64,000 nucleotides of DNA from an uncultured delta proteobacterium (lineage in GTDB: Bacteria > Desulfobacterota > Binatia > Binatales > Binataceae): contig CAWIHG010000008.1 of NCBI GenBank assembly GCA_963835905.1, positions 258,384 to 322,383 on the forward strand, in the 5' to 3' direction. The position numbers and the translations under genes were made by a program. The notes below the pieces were generated by a model. That model worked only from the letters and a program-made list of their open reading frames with translations. It had not been told where the DNA came from and did no database searches. Positions 20,001 to 29,751 of this stretch are shown here, piece by piece. Positions within the stretch are counted from its first letter, which is position 1. Every line of letters begins with the position of its first letter.

Positions 20001-20927
20001 ATGGGTACGCCCGCGCTGGCGGCGCATATCCTCAAGGGGCTCGCCGCAGCGCACGATCCGCGCTTTGCAGTGGCCGCCGTCGTGACGCGGCCCGATGAAC
20101 CGCGCGGACGCGGGATGACGCTTCATCCGAGCGAAGTCGGCGCCGCTGCCGCGCGGCTGGGCCTGCCGGTGCTGAGGCCGGTCAAAATTCGCACCGCCGG
20201 GTTTCTTGCGGAGATCAGCTCTTATGAACCCGATCTGATCGTGGTTGCCGCGTACGGCCGGATCCTGCCGAATGAAATTCTCGATGCGCCCCGGATAGCG
20301 ACGATTAACGTCCACGCCTCGCTGCTGCCGCGTCTGCGCGGCGCCGCACCGATCGAAGGCGCGATCCTCGCGGGCGATTCGCAGACCGGTGTCACGATCA
20401 TGCGCGTGACCGAAAAAATGGACGCGGGTCCCACGATGCTTCAGCGCGCGATTCCAATCGCGCCGGACGACACCCAGGGCACGCTCAAGGAAAAGCTCGC
20501 CCGGCTCGGCGCCGCCGCGCTGCTCGAAGCGCTCGATTTGATCGCGCGGGATGCGGCGGTGTGGACTCCGCAGGACGAAAGCGCCGCCACTTACACCGCG
20601 CAGGTGAAGAAGGAAGACGGCTTTATCGACTGGAACCGGGACGCGGCGCAAATCGAGCGGATGACACGCGCGTACGATCCGTGGCCGGTCGCGCGAACCA
20701 CGCTCGACGCACAGCCGCTGATGATCTGGAGCGCGCGCGTCGATCCCGCCCCATCCGGCGCAGCCGCACCCGGCACCATCGTCGCGGTGAGTCCGGACGT
20801 CACCGTCGCTTGCGGCGCCGGACAGCTCGCGCTGGTCGAAGTTCAGGCGGCCGGACGCAAGCGGATGAACGCGGCGGATTTCGCGCGCGGGCGTAGAATC
20901 GAAGCCGGCCACCGACTCGGGACTTGA
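20001..20927 (+). CDS. fmt: Methionyl-tRNA formyltransferase
   Basis: Formyltransferase N-terminal fold (IFMGTP...) and Fmt C-terminal domain; immediately downstream of def. Confidence 0.9.
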   Translation: MGTPALAAHILKGLAAAHDPRFAVAAVVTRPDEPRGRGMTLHPSEVGAAAARLGLPVLRPVKIRTAGFLAEISSYEPDLIVVAAYGRILPNEILDAPRIATINVHASLLPRLRGAAPIEGAILAGDSQTGVTIMRVTEKMDAGPTMLQRAIPIAPDDTQGTLKEKLARLGAAALLEALDLIARDAAVWTPQDESAATYTAQVKKEDGFIDWNRDAAQIERMTRAYDPWPVARTTLDAQPLMIWSARVDPAPSGAAAPGTIVAVSPDVTVACGAGQLALVEVQAAGRKRMNAADFARGRRIEAGHRLGT

Positions 20928-22315
20928 ACGCTGTGAGCCGCAGCACGCGATCGCAGCCAGCGCTCCGCCCCACAGCCGGCCTTGCCGCGCGCAAGATCGC
21001 GCTGGAAATTTTGCTGGAAGTCGATCAGCAGGGCGCGTACGCCGACGCCTTGCTCGGAAGCCGGATTCCCGCTCTGGAAGCGGCCGATCGCCGCCTCGCG
21101 ACGCGTCTTGTGCTGGGCACTCTGGCCTGGCGCGCTCGCCTGGACTTCGAGCTCGAACGACTGACCGGCCGCGACCTTGGAAAGATTCAGCCCGCGGCGG
21201 TCGAGATCATGCGGGTTGGAATCTTTCAGCTCCGCTTCCTGGATCGGATTCCGAAGCATGCCGCGGTCTCTACTTCAGTCGAGCTGGCAAAGCAGACCGC
21301 AGAGGCGAAAGTTGCGGCCGGCTTCGTCAACGCCGTCCTGCGCCGCGCCGCGCGCGAGACGATCGCGCTGCCGGATCGCAAATCTGACGAGATCGGATAC
21401 CTCGCCGTCGCATACTCGCATCCGCGATGGCTCGTCGAGCGGATGGTCGATTGGTACGGGCGCGAGGGCGCGGAGAGCGCGATGGCGGCGAACAACGAGG
21501 CCGCACCCAACGCAATTCGTCTGAATCTTGCCCGCGCGACACGCGGCGAAATTGCCGCACGCCTTGCCGCCGATGGGATGGAAATCGATCGCGAGGGCCG
21601 CTTTCCCGAAACCGCGATTCTCGCCGGCGCGCCGCGATTTGATTGCGACTCGTATCGCCACGGCCTGTTCCAGCCGCAATCCGAGGCCTCGCAGATGATT
21701 GCGCGGATGCTCGCGCCGCGGGAGGGCGCGACGGCCCTCGATTTGGCCGCCGCGCCCGGCGGCAAGACGACTCATCTAGCCGAACTCGTCGGCGCTTCGG
21801 GACGGGTGATAGGACTCGACGTGAACTTCGGTGGCCTGCGCAAAGCGCGCGCTCTCGCCGCGCGGCTGGGTCATCGCAATGTCGCCTTCGTGCGCGCCGA
21901 CGCCGCCGCGGCCGTCCCGATGCGCTCGCAATGCGCCGGCGCGGTGCTGCTCGACGCGCCGTGCACGGGACTCGGCACTCTGCGCGAGCATCCGGAGATC
22001 CGCTGGCGCGTCGGTCCGGCAGACCCGGCGCGAATGTCCCAGCTGCAAGCCCGGATGCTGGCGAACGCCGCGGCGCTGGTGCGCCCCGGCGGGGCGCTGG
22101 TTTACTCGGTCTGCAGCATCGCGCCCGAGGAAGGCGAGCGGGTGGTCGGCGAGTTCCTGCTCAATCGCACCGAGTTCAGCCTGGCGCCGCCGCCCCCGGA
22201 GATCGCCGCGGCGCTCACGGATCTCATCGATGCGGACGGCTTCATGCGCACGCGGCCCGACCGCGGCAGCCTGGACGGCTTTTTCGCTGCACGCATTGTG
22301 CGGCGGGCCGATTGA
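20924..22315 (+). CDS. rsmB: 16S rRNA (cytosine967-C5)-methyltransferase
   Basis: NusB-like N-terminal domain plus SAM-dependent MTase with catalytic Cys motifs; TTG start overlaps the fmt stop. Confidence 0.9.
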   Translation: MNAVSRSTRSQPALRPTAGLAARKIALEILLEVDQQGAYADALLGSRIPALEAADRRLATRLVLGTLAWRARLDFELERLTGRDLGKIQPAAVEIMRVGIFQLRFLDRIPKHAAVSTSVELAKQTAEAKVAAGFVNAVLRRAARETIALPDRKSDEIGYLAVAYSHPRWLVERMVDWYGREGAESAMAANNEAAPNAIRLNLARATRGEIAARLAADGMEIDREGRFPETAILAGAPRFDCDSYRHGLFQPQSEASQMIARMLAPREGATALDLAAAPGGKTTHLAELVGASGRVIGLDVNFGGLRKARALAARLGHRNVAFVRADAAAAVPMRSQCAGAVLLDAPCTGLGTLREHPEIRWRVGPADPARMSQLQARMLANAAALVRPGGALVYSVCSIAPEEGERVVGEFLLNRTEFSLAPPPPEIAAALTDLIDADGFMRTRPDRGSLDGFFAARIVRRAD

Positions 22316-22420
22316 CCGCGCTGGGGGCTGGGGCAGGTGCGAAAAATATCGCTTCTCGCTTGATACAGCGTGAATCCTTGAGGAATCGCGCGGCCAGGCT
22401 GCAGCGAGGGCGAAAAATCT

Positions 22421-22449
22421 TTGCGCGTCACGGTTCCTGTCTCTACAAT
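22421..22449 (+). promoter_or_regulatory. Sigma70-like promoter TTGCGC-N17-TACAAT
   Basis: Read directly from sequence, upstream of the rlpA-like gene. Confidence 0.4.
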
Positions 22450-22505
22450 CAGGCCTGTTGTGGAGCGCGCGTCAACTTTCCTGCGGCTCCACGGCGGTTG
22501 GACCG

Positions 22506-23186
22506 ATGGCTGGTGGGAGCATCATTCGTAGCGTCCGGGTGAGGGCGAATCGCGTGCGTATCGGCGCGATCGCCGGCGCGATGATCGCGATGCTCGCGCT
22601 CGCGGGATGCTCCACGCAAAATATCGCGCCGCCTCCCGCAGCCTACAGCGGCCAAACCTCCGCTCCGCACATGGAAGTCGCATCGTGGTACGGACCCGGT
22701 TTCCAGGGTCGTCCGACCAGCACCGGCGAGCGCTACAACGAAAATGCGATGACCGCGGCGTCGAAGACGCTCCCGCTGGGCTCTCACGTGCAGGTCACCA
22801 ACCCCAACAACGGGCGCTCGGTCGTAGTGCGAATCAACGACCGCGGGCCCTACGTTCACGGACGCTCGATCGATCTCTCCAAGGCCGCAGCCGAGCGGCT
22901 CGGAATCAAGGAGCGCGGCGTCGCTCCGGTTGAAGTCGCTTCGCTGGGCTCGGCGCCGCGGATGATGCTAGCGCCGGAGACCCGTACCGCGCCCGAGCCG
23001 CGTCACTACGAGCATCCTTATCGCTTCCCTGCCTGGCGCCACGCGCGAACGGCGCCGATCCGCCGCGAGACGCACGAGATTCATCGCGTCGGATGGCACT
23101 CGCGTCGACGCTACGCTCAGCGCCGCACGCGGAGAGTCTGGAATCCGATTGGCGCGTGGATCGCCGGTGCGTTCAGCGGCCTTTGA
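22506..23186 (+). CDS. rlpA: RlpA-like (DPBB domain) septal lipoprotein
   Basis: Lipoprotein signal (MLALAGCS), then ASWYGPGFQGRPTSTGERY...VRINDRGPY double-psi beta-barrel. Confidence 0.8.
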   Translation: MAGGSIIRSVRVRANRVRIGAIAGAMIAMLALAGCSTQNIAPPPAAYSGQTSAPHMEVASWYGPGFQGRPTSTGERYNENAMTAASKTLPLGSHVQVTNPNNGRSVVVRINDRGPYVHGRSIDLSKAAAERLGIKERGVAPVEVASLGSAPRMMLAPETRTAPEPRHYEHPYRFPAWRHARTAPIRRETHEIHRVGWHSRRRYAQRRTRRVWNPIGAWIAGAFSGL

Positions 23187-23288
23187 TCCCCCGCGTGTAA
23201 ACCAGCATACGCCCGCCTTTACGCCTTTCGCACGCTTGGGGTAGTTCTACAATCAGTGCGCGGACACTTTCGCGCGCGAGGCGGTTCC

Positions 23289-24095
23289 ATGGAAAATGCG
23301 ATCGCGGGAAAGCTCAAGCGTCTCGACGACGCGATCTCGCGTCACGTCCGGCCCGACAGTTACCCAGTCGGGATCCGGATGCTCAAGCCGGGCGAGCCGG
23401 TGCCCGAGGGCCTGCGAATCCCCAGTCAGAGCATGGGCGAGAACTGGATCGTGTGCCAGTCGATCGGCGTTGCGCGGCGCTATGGATGGGGTATCGCGGT
23501 CGGAAAGGACGACGTGATCTGCCCTCTGTCCGCGATCGCGTTCGGATTTCGCAAACCCAACGACGAGTATCTAAGCGGCTTCGCGTCCAAGGGGATGTAC
23601 TGCGAAAACGAGGAAGCGGCCTCACGCCTGGAAGCGGGCGTCTGGCGCTTCGAGCCCGGCACCTACGACTACCTCTGCGTCGCACCGCTGGGGCGTGCCA
23701 CATTCGAGCCGCATGTCGTGGCGGTGTATGCGAACAGCGCGCAGGTGATGCGCCTGGTCAATGCCGCCCTGTACACCCGCGGCGGACGAATCGAGAGCAC
23801 CACCGGCGGGCGCCTGGATTGCGCGGAGATAGTGATCCAGACCATGACCGCGCGCGCGCCCAAAGTGATCATTCCGTGCAATGGCGATCGCGTTTTCGGG
23901 ATGGCGCAGGACACCGAGATGGTCTTCGCGTGCCCGTGGGAATTCACCGACGAGCTGCTCAAGGGGTTAGATGGGACGCACAAGGGCGGTGTCCGCTACC
24001 CGATTCCGGTCGCGATGCGCGGCACCGTCACGATGCCGAAGCATTACCAGGAACTCCTAAAGATGCTCGAGGATCGCGACAAGCCCGGCAAGTAG
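23289..24095 (+). CDS. DUF169-family protein
   Basis: Full-length resemblance to the DUF169 / COG2043 conserved family. Confidence 0.7.
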   Translation: MENAIAGKLKRLDDAISRHVRPDSYPVGIRMLKPGEPVPEGLRIPSQSMGENWIVCQSIGVARRYGWGIAVGKDDVICPLSAIAFGFRKPNDEYLSGFASKGMYCENEEAASRLEAGVWRFEPGTYDYLCVAPLGRATFEPHVVAVYANSAQVMRLVNAALYTRGGRIESTTGGRLDCAEIVIQTMTARAPKVIIPCNGDRVFGMAQDTEMVFACPWEFTDELLKGLDGTHKGGVRYPIPVAMRGTVTMPKHYQELLKMLEDRDKPGK

Positions 24096-24133
24096 CGCTC
24101 GCCGCGCGATTTATCCCGCGATATTGTGAGGCG

Positions 24134-24814
24134 ATGGAGCGAGAGGACAAAATCGCCCCCTCGATTCTCTCGGCCGACTTCGCCCGCCTGGGCGACGAAG
24201 TCGCCGCCGTCGAGCGCGCGGGCGCGGACCTGATTCACTTCGACGTGATGGACGGGCACTTCGTGCCGAACCTGTCCATTGGCGTGCCGGTGCTCGCGTC
24301 ACTCAAGAAGGTGACTCGGATTCCGCTTGACGCGCATCTGATGATTGACAACCCGGATAAGTACGTCGAGGTGTTCGTCAAAGCCGGCGCCAACTCCGTC
24401 TCGGTGCACGCCGAAGTATGCCGGGACATCCCGGCGATGGCGCGAAAGCTGCACGACCTCGGCGCTCGCGCTTCGATCGGAATCAACCCCGAAACCGACG
24501 TCGCGCGCGTGCTGCCCTTCGCCGAGCATCTCGACATGATCCTGATCATGAGCGTGCATCCGGGCTTCGGCGGCCAGGAATTCATCCCCGACGCGCTCGG
24601 CAAGCTGCGCGCAGTGCGCCGCGAGTTGGACCGTCGCGGCCTCAAGCTGGATATCGAAATCGACGGCGGCGTCAAGCTTGACAATATCGCGGAGGTCAAG
24701 GCCGCCGGCGCCAACGTCTTCGTCTCGGGCTCGGGGATTTTCGCGATGGACGATTACACGCGTGTGATTCGCCAGATGCGCGAGACCGTCGCGCGCACCC
24801 CGGTGATATTGTGA
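24134..24814 (+). CDS. rpe: Ribulose-phosphate 3-epimerase
   Basis: IAPSILSADFARLG...HFDVMDGHFVPN...DGGV motifs. Confidence 0.9.
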   Translation: MEREDKIAPSILSADFARLGDEVAAVERAGADLIHFDVMDGHFVPNLSIGVPVLASLKKVTRIPLDAHLMIDNPDKYVEVFVKAGANSVSVHAEVCRDIPAMARKLHDLGARASIGINPETDVARVLPFAEHLDMILIMSVHPGFGGQEFIPDALGKLRAVRRELDRRGLKLDIEIDGGVKLDNIAEVKAAGANVFVSGSGIFAMDDYTRVIRQMRETVARTPVIL

Positions 24815-24928
24815 CGGATGACTCGCCGCGGCGCGCGCTAGACGCGGGACAGTCGCCCAACGGGTGCCCTCGCGCGGCGGGGCGGCGGATGCTATAAAGT
24901 CGAGACTCCCGAAAAGCGCGATGGCATA

Positions 24929-25006
24929 CGGGGTGTAGCTCAGCCTGGCTAGAGCACTGCGTTCGGGACGCAGGAGTCGCTGGTTCAAATCCAGTCACCC
25001 CGACCA
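24929..25006 (+). tRNA. tRNA-Pro (anticodon CGG), CCA encoded
   Basis: 7-bp acceptor stem CGGGGTG/CACCCCG, D-arm GCTC/GAGC, anticodon loop TTCGGGA, T-loop TTCAAAT. Confidence 0.8.
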
Positions 25007-25031
25007 TCCATTTCTCAAGCGGCGCACGACC

Positions 25032-25640
25032 ATGCTGCAAATCGTTCTGCTGGCAATCGGATCCTACCTGGTCGGCTCGATTCCGTTCGGCGTGATCGTC
25101 GGGCGCCTGCGTGGATTCGATCCCCGGGCGGTCGGTTCCGGCAATATCGGGATGGCCAACGTGGCGCGCGCCGGCGGGGCCTCTGCCGCCGCGATAACCT
25201 TCGCCGGAGACGTCGCCAAGGGTGCGATTCCGGTGCTGGTCGCGCGCGCGATGGGCTTCGACCCGGCCGTCCTGGCGCTCGCCGCGTTCGCCGCATTCAT
25301 GGGCTCCATCTATTCGGTTTTCCTGCGCTTCTCGGGCGGCAAGGGGCTGTCTGCCGCGCTCGGAGTGTGGCTGGCGCTGTTCCCGATGGCGGTGCTGTTC
25401 GCGCTTGCCGCGTTCGTGGCCGTATTCGCGATCTTCCGCGTCATGTCGCTGTCCTCGATCTCGGCCGCGATCGTGATGCCGCCGGCGGTAGCGGCGCTGG
25501 GGGCCCCCCGCCCATATATCCTGCTTGCTATCGTGATCACCGCGCTGGTCCTGTTGCGCCATCACGAGAATATCGCGCGCCTGATCCGGGGCGAGGAACC
25601 GGTTTTTCAGCCGCGCAAACGCAACTCGCTGGCGGGTTGA
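25032..25640 (+). CDS. plsY: Glycerol-3-phosphate acyltransferase
   Basis: GSGNIGMAN and SGGKG motifs; multi-TM. Confidence 0.9.
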   Translation: MLQIVLLAIGSYLVGSIPFGVIVGRLRGFDPRAVGSGNIGMANVARAGGASAAAITFAGDVAKGAIPVLVARAMGFDPAVLALAAFAAFMGSIYSVFLRFSGGKGLSAALGVWLALFPMAVLFALAAFVAVFAIFRVMSLSSISAAIVMPPAVAALGAPRPYILLAIVITALVLLRHHENIARLIRGEEPVFQPRKRNSLAG

Positions 25641-25740
25641 GTCTGCCCGCAAAATAATCTTTCGCTCGCTTTCAAGGCATGGCGGTCCGCGTCGATGCCA
25701 TCAAAACTGGTCTGATTGCGCGTTAGACACGCCGCCGCGT

Positions 25741-25756
25741 TGGCATCGCGCTTGCT
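25741..25756 (+). promoter_or_regulatory. Candidate sigma54 promoter (-24/-12: TGGCAT-N5-TTGCT)
   Basis: Match to the TGGCAC-N5-TTGC spacing about 150 nt upstream of the P-II gene. Confidence 0.4.
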
Positions 25757-25871
25757 GCGTCATCGGATTAGACGCGCGACGGCTGATCGCCACGAGCGTC
25801 AGCGATCGCCGCTGGGGCTTGCCAATGCCGTAGCGATACGGACAAGCTTACGGTAGTTACGCGGTATCTGA

Positions 25872-26246
<375 letters not shown>

Positions 26247-26298
26247 AGGCGCGCTGCCCGCCCCGATGGCGCGGCGTCCAAATCCATAGCCTGCAAAA

Positions 26299-26338
26299 GC
26301 GGCGGCGGGGAGAAATCGAATCTCCCCGCCGCATTTTC
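26299..26338. terminator. Bidirectional hairpin terminator
   Basis: Stem GCGGCGGGGAGA/TCTCCCCGCCGC then ATTTT on plus and CTTTTG on minus; between P-II (+) and the ACAD gene (-). Confidence 0.6.
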
Positions 26339-26364
26339 ATCGCGAATTTATCCGATAGCGCCGG

Positions 26365-27597
26365 CTACCGCTCGCGGAAGGCGCGCGAGCGCACCCCCTG
26401 CGAGAAATCGAATTTTCTCCCCTTCTTGAACTCGCTCACGATCCGCCGCGACACCACCATCCGATGCACTTCGTCGGGGCCGTCGTAGATCCGCGCAAAT
26501 CGCGCGTGCCGGTACATCCGGGCCAGCGGCGTGTCCTCCGACACACCCATCGCGCCATGCACCTGGATCGCGCGATCAATAACGTCGTGGAGCACCTTGG
26601 CGCCGTAAAACTTGATGAGCGAGATCTCGACGCGCGCCTCGTCGCCCGCATCGATCTTCGCCGCCGCATTAAGCGTCAGCAGCCGCGCGGCCTGAATTTC
26701 GGCGGCGGAGTCCGCGATCCAGTTCTGAATCGTCTGCTTGTCGGCCAGCGGCCCGCCGAAGGTCTGGCGATTGATCGCCCGATTCACCAGCAGTTCGAAC
26801 GCACGCTCGGCCTGCCCGAGCCATCGCATGCAATGGAAGATGCGTCCGGGGCCCAGCCGTTTCTGCGCGATCTTGAACGCCTGCCCGCGCGGCCCAAGCA
26901 GGTTCGTCAGCGGCACCCGGGCGTCATTGAAGCGCACCTCGCAGTGTCCGCCGGTCGTCTCGCCCATGACCGGGACTACGCGCACTATCTCGAAGCCCGG
27001 GGTGTCGGTCGGCACCAGGATCATGCTGAAGCGCTCGTAGGTCGGCGCGTCGGGGTCGGTCACCGTCATCACCGTCGTGTACGCGGCGTGATTGGCGCCG
27101 CTGGAGAACCACTTGTGCCCGGTGATCACCCATTCGTCGCCGTCCTGGACCGCGCGGGTGCGCAGACCGGTCGGGTCGGCGCCCGAAACCTCAGGCTCCG
27201 TCATCGAGAAGCACGGATAGATGTCGCCGTTGACCAGCGGCATCAGGAAACGCTTTTTCTGCTCGGGACTGCCAAACATGTGGAGCATCGTCGCGTCCTG
27301 GGCGGAATGCGTCCCCAGCCCCGCGATCGCGAATTCGCTGCGCCCGACCAGCTCGTTGACGAACACGTAGGGCATGAATGGAAGCCCGCCGCCGCCAATT
27401 TCCTTGGGCAACCCGAGCGCCCACAGTCCGCGCTCCTTGGCCTTGGCCTGAATTGCCTTCATGGTGCGGCCGGACTCTTCGTCATAGCGCAAAAGGGCGG
27501 GCTCATTTGGATAGATGAATTCGTCAAGGAATTGATTGATCTTCGCGCGCAGGTCCTGGACTTCGGGACTTGCTTCGAGTTCCGCAACGCTCTGCAT
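26365..27597 (-). CDS. Acyl-CoA dehydrogenase
   Basis: ACAD N-terminal, middle and C-terminal domain signatures (YPCFSMTEP..SGAD). Confidence 0.9.
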   Translation of the reverse strand: MQSVAELEASPEVQDLRAKINQFLDEFIYPNEPALLRYDEESGRTMKAIQAKAKERGLWALGLPKEIGGGGLPFMPYVFVNELVGRSEFAIAGLGTHSAQDATMLHMFGSPEQKKRFLMPLVNGDIYPCFSMTEPEVSGADPTGLRTRAVQDGDEWVITGHKWFSSGANHAAYTTVMTVTDPDAPTYERFSMILVPTDTPGFEIVRVVPVMGETTGGHCEVRFNDARVPLTNLLGPRGQAFKIAQKRLGPGRIFHCMRWLGQAERAFELLVNRAINRQTFGGPLADKQTIQNWIADSAAEIQAARLLTLNAAAKIDAGDEARVEISLIKFYGAKVLHDVIDRAIQVHGAMGVSEDTPLARMYRHARFARIYDGPDEVHRMVVSRRIVSEFKKGRKFDFSQGVRSRAFRER

Positions 27598-27850
27598 ATG
27601 GGTGCCTCCTCGTATCGGCGGCGCGGCCCGGTGCGCTGGGCCGGCTCCGCGCCGATTGGGTTCGTGATTGATCCGCGTGGTCCTGCCGCCTGATTAGCGC
27701 GGCGCGCACCGCCCCGGCAAGCGCCGCGAATCCGGCGTCAGTTGCAAAATGATACCTTGCGCCGCTCCGCGCGGAAGCATACGGCTACGATCATCCGCTC
27801 GCGACCCGTCGCCGGGTCGCGAAATCCGCCAGCCAAGGGATATCACCACG

Positions 27851-28474
27851 ATGATCGATCTATACACCTGGACCACTCCCAACGGGCGCAAAGTCTCGAT
27901 CATGCTCGAGGAATGCTCCATCCCGTACCAGGTGCATCCGGTCAATATCCGCGAGGGCGCGCAGTTCAAGCCCGAGTTCGTCGCGATCTGTCCCAACAGC
28001 AAGATTCCCGCAATTGTCGATCGCTCAAGCGGGCTGTCGATCTTCGAGTCGGGCGCGATCCTGATTCATCTCGCCGAGCAGACCGGCAAATTCCTGCCCA
28101 AGTCCGATCCGGGCCGCGCCAAAGTCTTCGAATGGCTGATGTTCCAGATGGCGAACGTCGGGCCGATATTCGGGCAGGTGAACCATTTCATTAACGCCGC
28201 GCCCGAAAAGATTCCCTACGCCATCGAGCGCTACGTGAACGAATCGGTGCGCATCCTGAAGGTGCTCGACGGGCAGCTTGGCCGCACCGAGTACGTCGCG
28301 GGCGACTATTCGATCGCCGACATGGCGAACTATCCGTGGGTCAGCGCCGCGGTCGCGCCGCTGCGCTCGCTCAAGGCCGAGGCGCTCGGAGAGGCGCGCA
28401 ACCTTCAGCGCTGGATCGCCGCGCTCGGAGCGCGCCCCGCCGTGCAGAAGGGGATGGCGGTGCCCAAGCTGTAG
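27851..28474 (+). CDS. Glutathione S-transferase (Nu-class, YfcG/YghU-like)
   Basis: Thioredoxin-like GST N-terminus (IDLYTWTTPNGRKVSIMLEE) and C-terminal helical domain. Confidence 0.8.
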   Translation: MIDLYTWTTPNGRKVSIMLEECSIPYQVHPVNIREGAQFKPEFVAICPNSKIPAIVDRSSGLSIFESGAILIHLAEQTGKFLPKSDPGRAKVFEWLMFQMANVGPIFGQVNHFINAAPEKIPYAIERYVNESVRILKVLDGQLGRTEYVAGDYSIADMANYPWVSAAVAPLRSLKAEALGEARNLQRWIAALGARPAVQKGMAVPKL

Positions 28475-28539
28475 TCGCGCCGCTCGGTTGACATGGCGGG
28501 CGAGCGTGCGCTTCTATCGCGCTTGGGAAGGCCGAACCG

Positions 28540-29751
28540 ATGCGGTACAGCGCGCTGAGCGATCTGCGAGTCGTCGATCTGACCCACTTCATCGCGGGAC
28601 CTTACGCAACCAGGATGCTCGCCGATTTCGGCGCGCGCGTGGTCAAGGTCGAGCCGCCGGGCGGCGAAGGCGGGCGCAGGCTCGGCGCCGCGCGCGCGGG
28701 CGCCGATCGCGGAGCGCTGTTCGCCTTTCTTAATACCGACAAGCTCGGCGTTTCGCTTGATCTGAAGAGTGCGCGCGGACGCGATTTGATCCTCGAGATG
28801 CTCGCGAACGCGGACCTGATGGTTGAGAATTTCTCGCCGGGAACGCTGGCGCGGCTCGGGCTTGCCCCCGTCGATCTGCTCGCGCGCTTCCCGCGGCTTT
28901 CAATCGTCTCGATTTCCAATTTTGGCCAGGACGGCCCCGACCGCGACGCACCTCTCGACGATCTGACCCTGTTCGCGCGTGGCGGATGGACCTTTCCCGT
29001 CGGCGAGCGCACCCGCGAGCCGCTCACGCCACCGGGCTCGCTGGCGCAGTATATCGCGGGGCTGTACGGCGCCGTGGGCGCGATGCAGGCAACGATGGCG
29101 CGCGATCTCGGCGGCGCGCGCGGCCAGCACGTCGATATCTCACTGCTCGAGGCGACCGTCTCCACGATGATCTACGAGTCGGTCGGCTTCCAGTACAGCG
29201 GAATCCTGCGCGAGCGCGCGGGCCGCCGCTTTGCGATCGGCCCGTTCCTGATCGTCACGCTCAAGTGCAAGGACGGCTACGCCGGATTGCAGCAGGTGAC
29301 CGACAAGCAGTTCGAAGCGTTGTGCGACCTGATGAACCGGCGCGACCTGCTCTCCGACGCGCGCTTCACCACCGCGCGCGACCGGATGCTGAACAACGAC
29401 GCACTGCTCGAGATCGTGGCGGAATTCTTTCTCGACCGCGAACGCCAGTGGCTTTATCGCGAGGGCCAGGGGCGCGGACTGCCGCTGGTCCCGATCCCGA
29501 GTATCGCGGAGGTGCTCGAATGGGAGCAGACCCGCGCGCGCGGCTACTTCGAGACCATTGAAGATCCCGCGCTCGGCGCGATCCGGATTCCCGGCGCGCC
29601 GCTGCGCCTGATGTCGCATCGCGCGGCCCCCTCGCGGCCCGCGCCGCGCCTGGGCGAGCACAATCGCGAAGTGCTCGGCGCGGGACTGGGCCTGGATTCG
29701 TCCGCGCTGCGCGAACTCGCGGCCGCGGGCACTATTGCGGGGACCATATGA
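28540..29751 (+). CDS. Family III CoA-transferase (CaiB/BaiF)
   Basis: LRVVDLTHFIAGPYATRMLADFGARVVKVEPP N-terminus and conserved Asp region. Confidence 0.85.
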   Translation: MRYSALSDLRVVDLTHFIAGPYATRMLADFGARVVKVEPPGGEGGRRLGAARAGADRGALFAFLNTDKLGVSLDLKSARGRDLILEMLANADLMVENFSPGTLARLGLAPVDLLARFPRLSIVSISNFGQDGPDRDAPLDDLTLFARGGWTFPVGERTREPLTPPGSLAQYIAGLYGAVGAMQATMARDLGGARGQHVDISLLEATVSTMIYESVGFQYSGILRERAGRRFAIGPFLIVTLKCKDGYAGLQQVTDKQFEALCDLMNRRDLLSDARFTTARDRMLNNDALLEIVAEFFLDRERQWLYREGQGRGLPLVPIPSIAEVLEWEQTRARGYFETIEDPALGAIRIPGAPLRLMSHRAAPSRPAPRLGEHNREVLGAGLGLDSSALRELAAAGTIAGTI

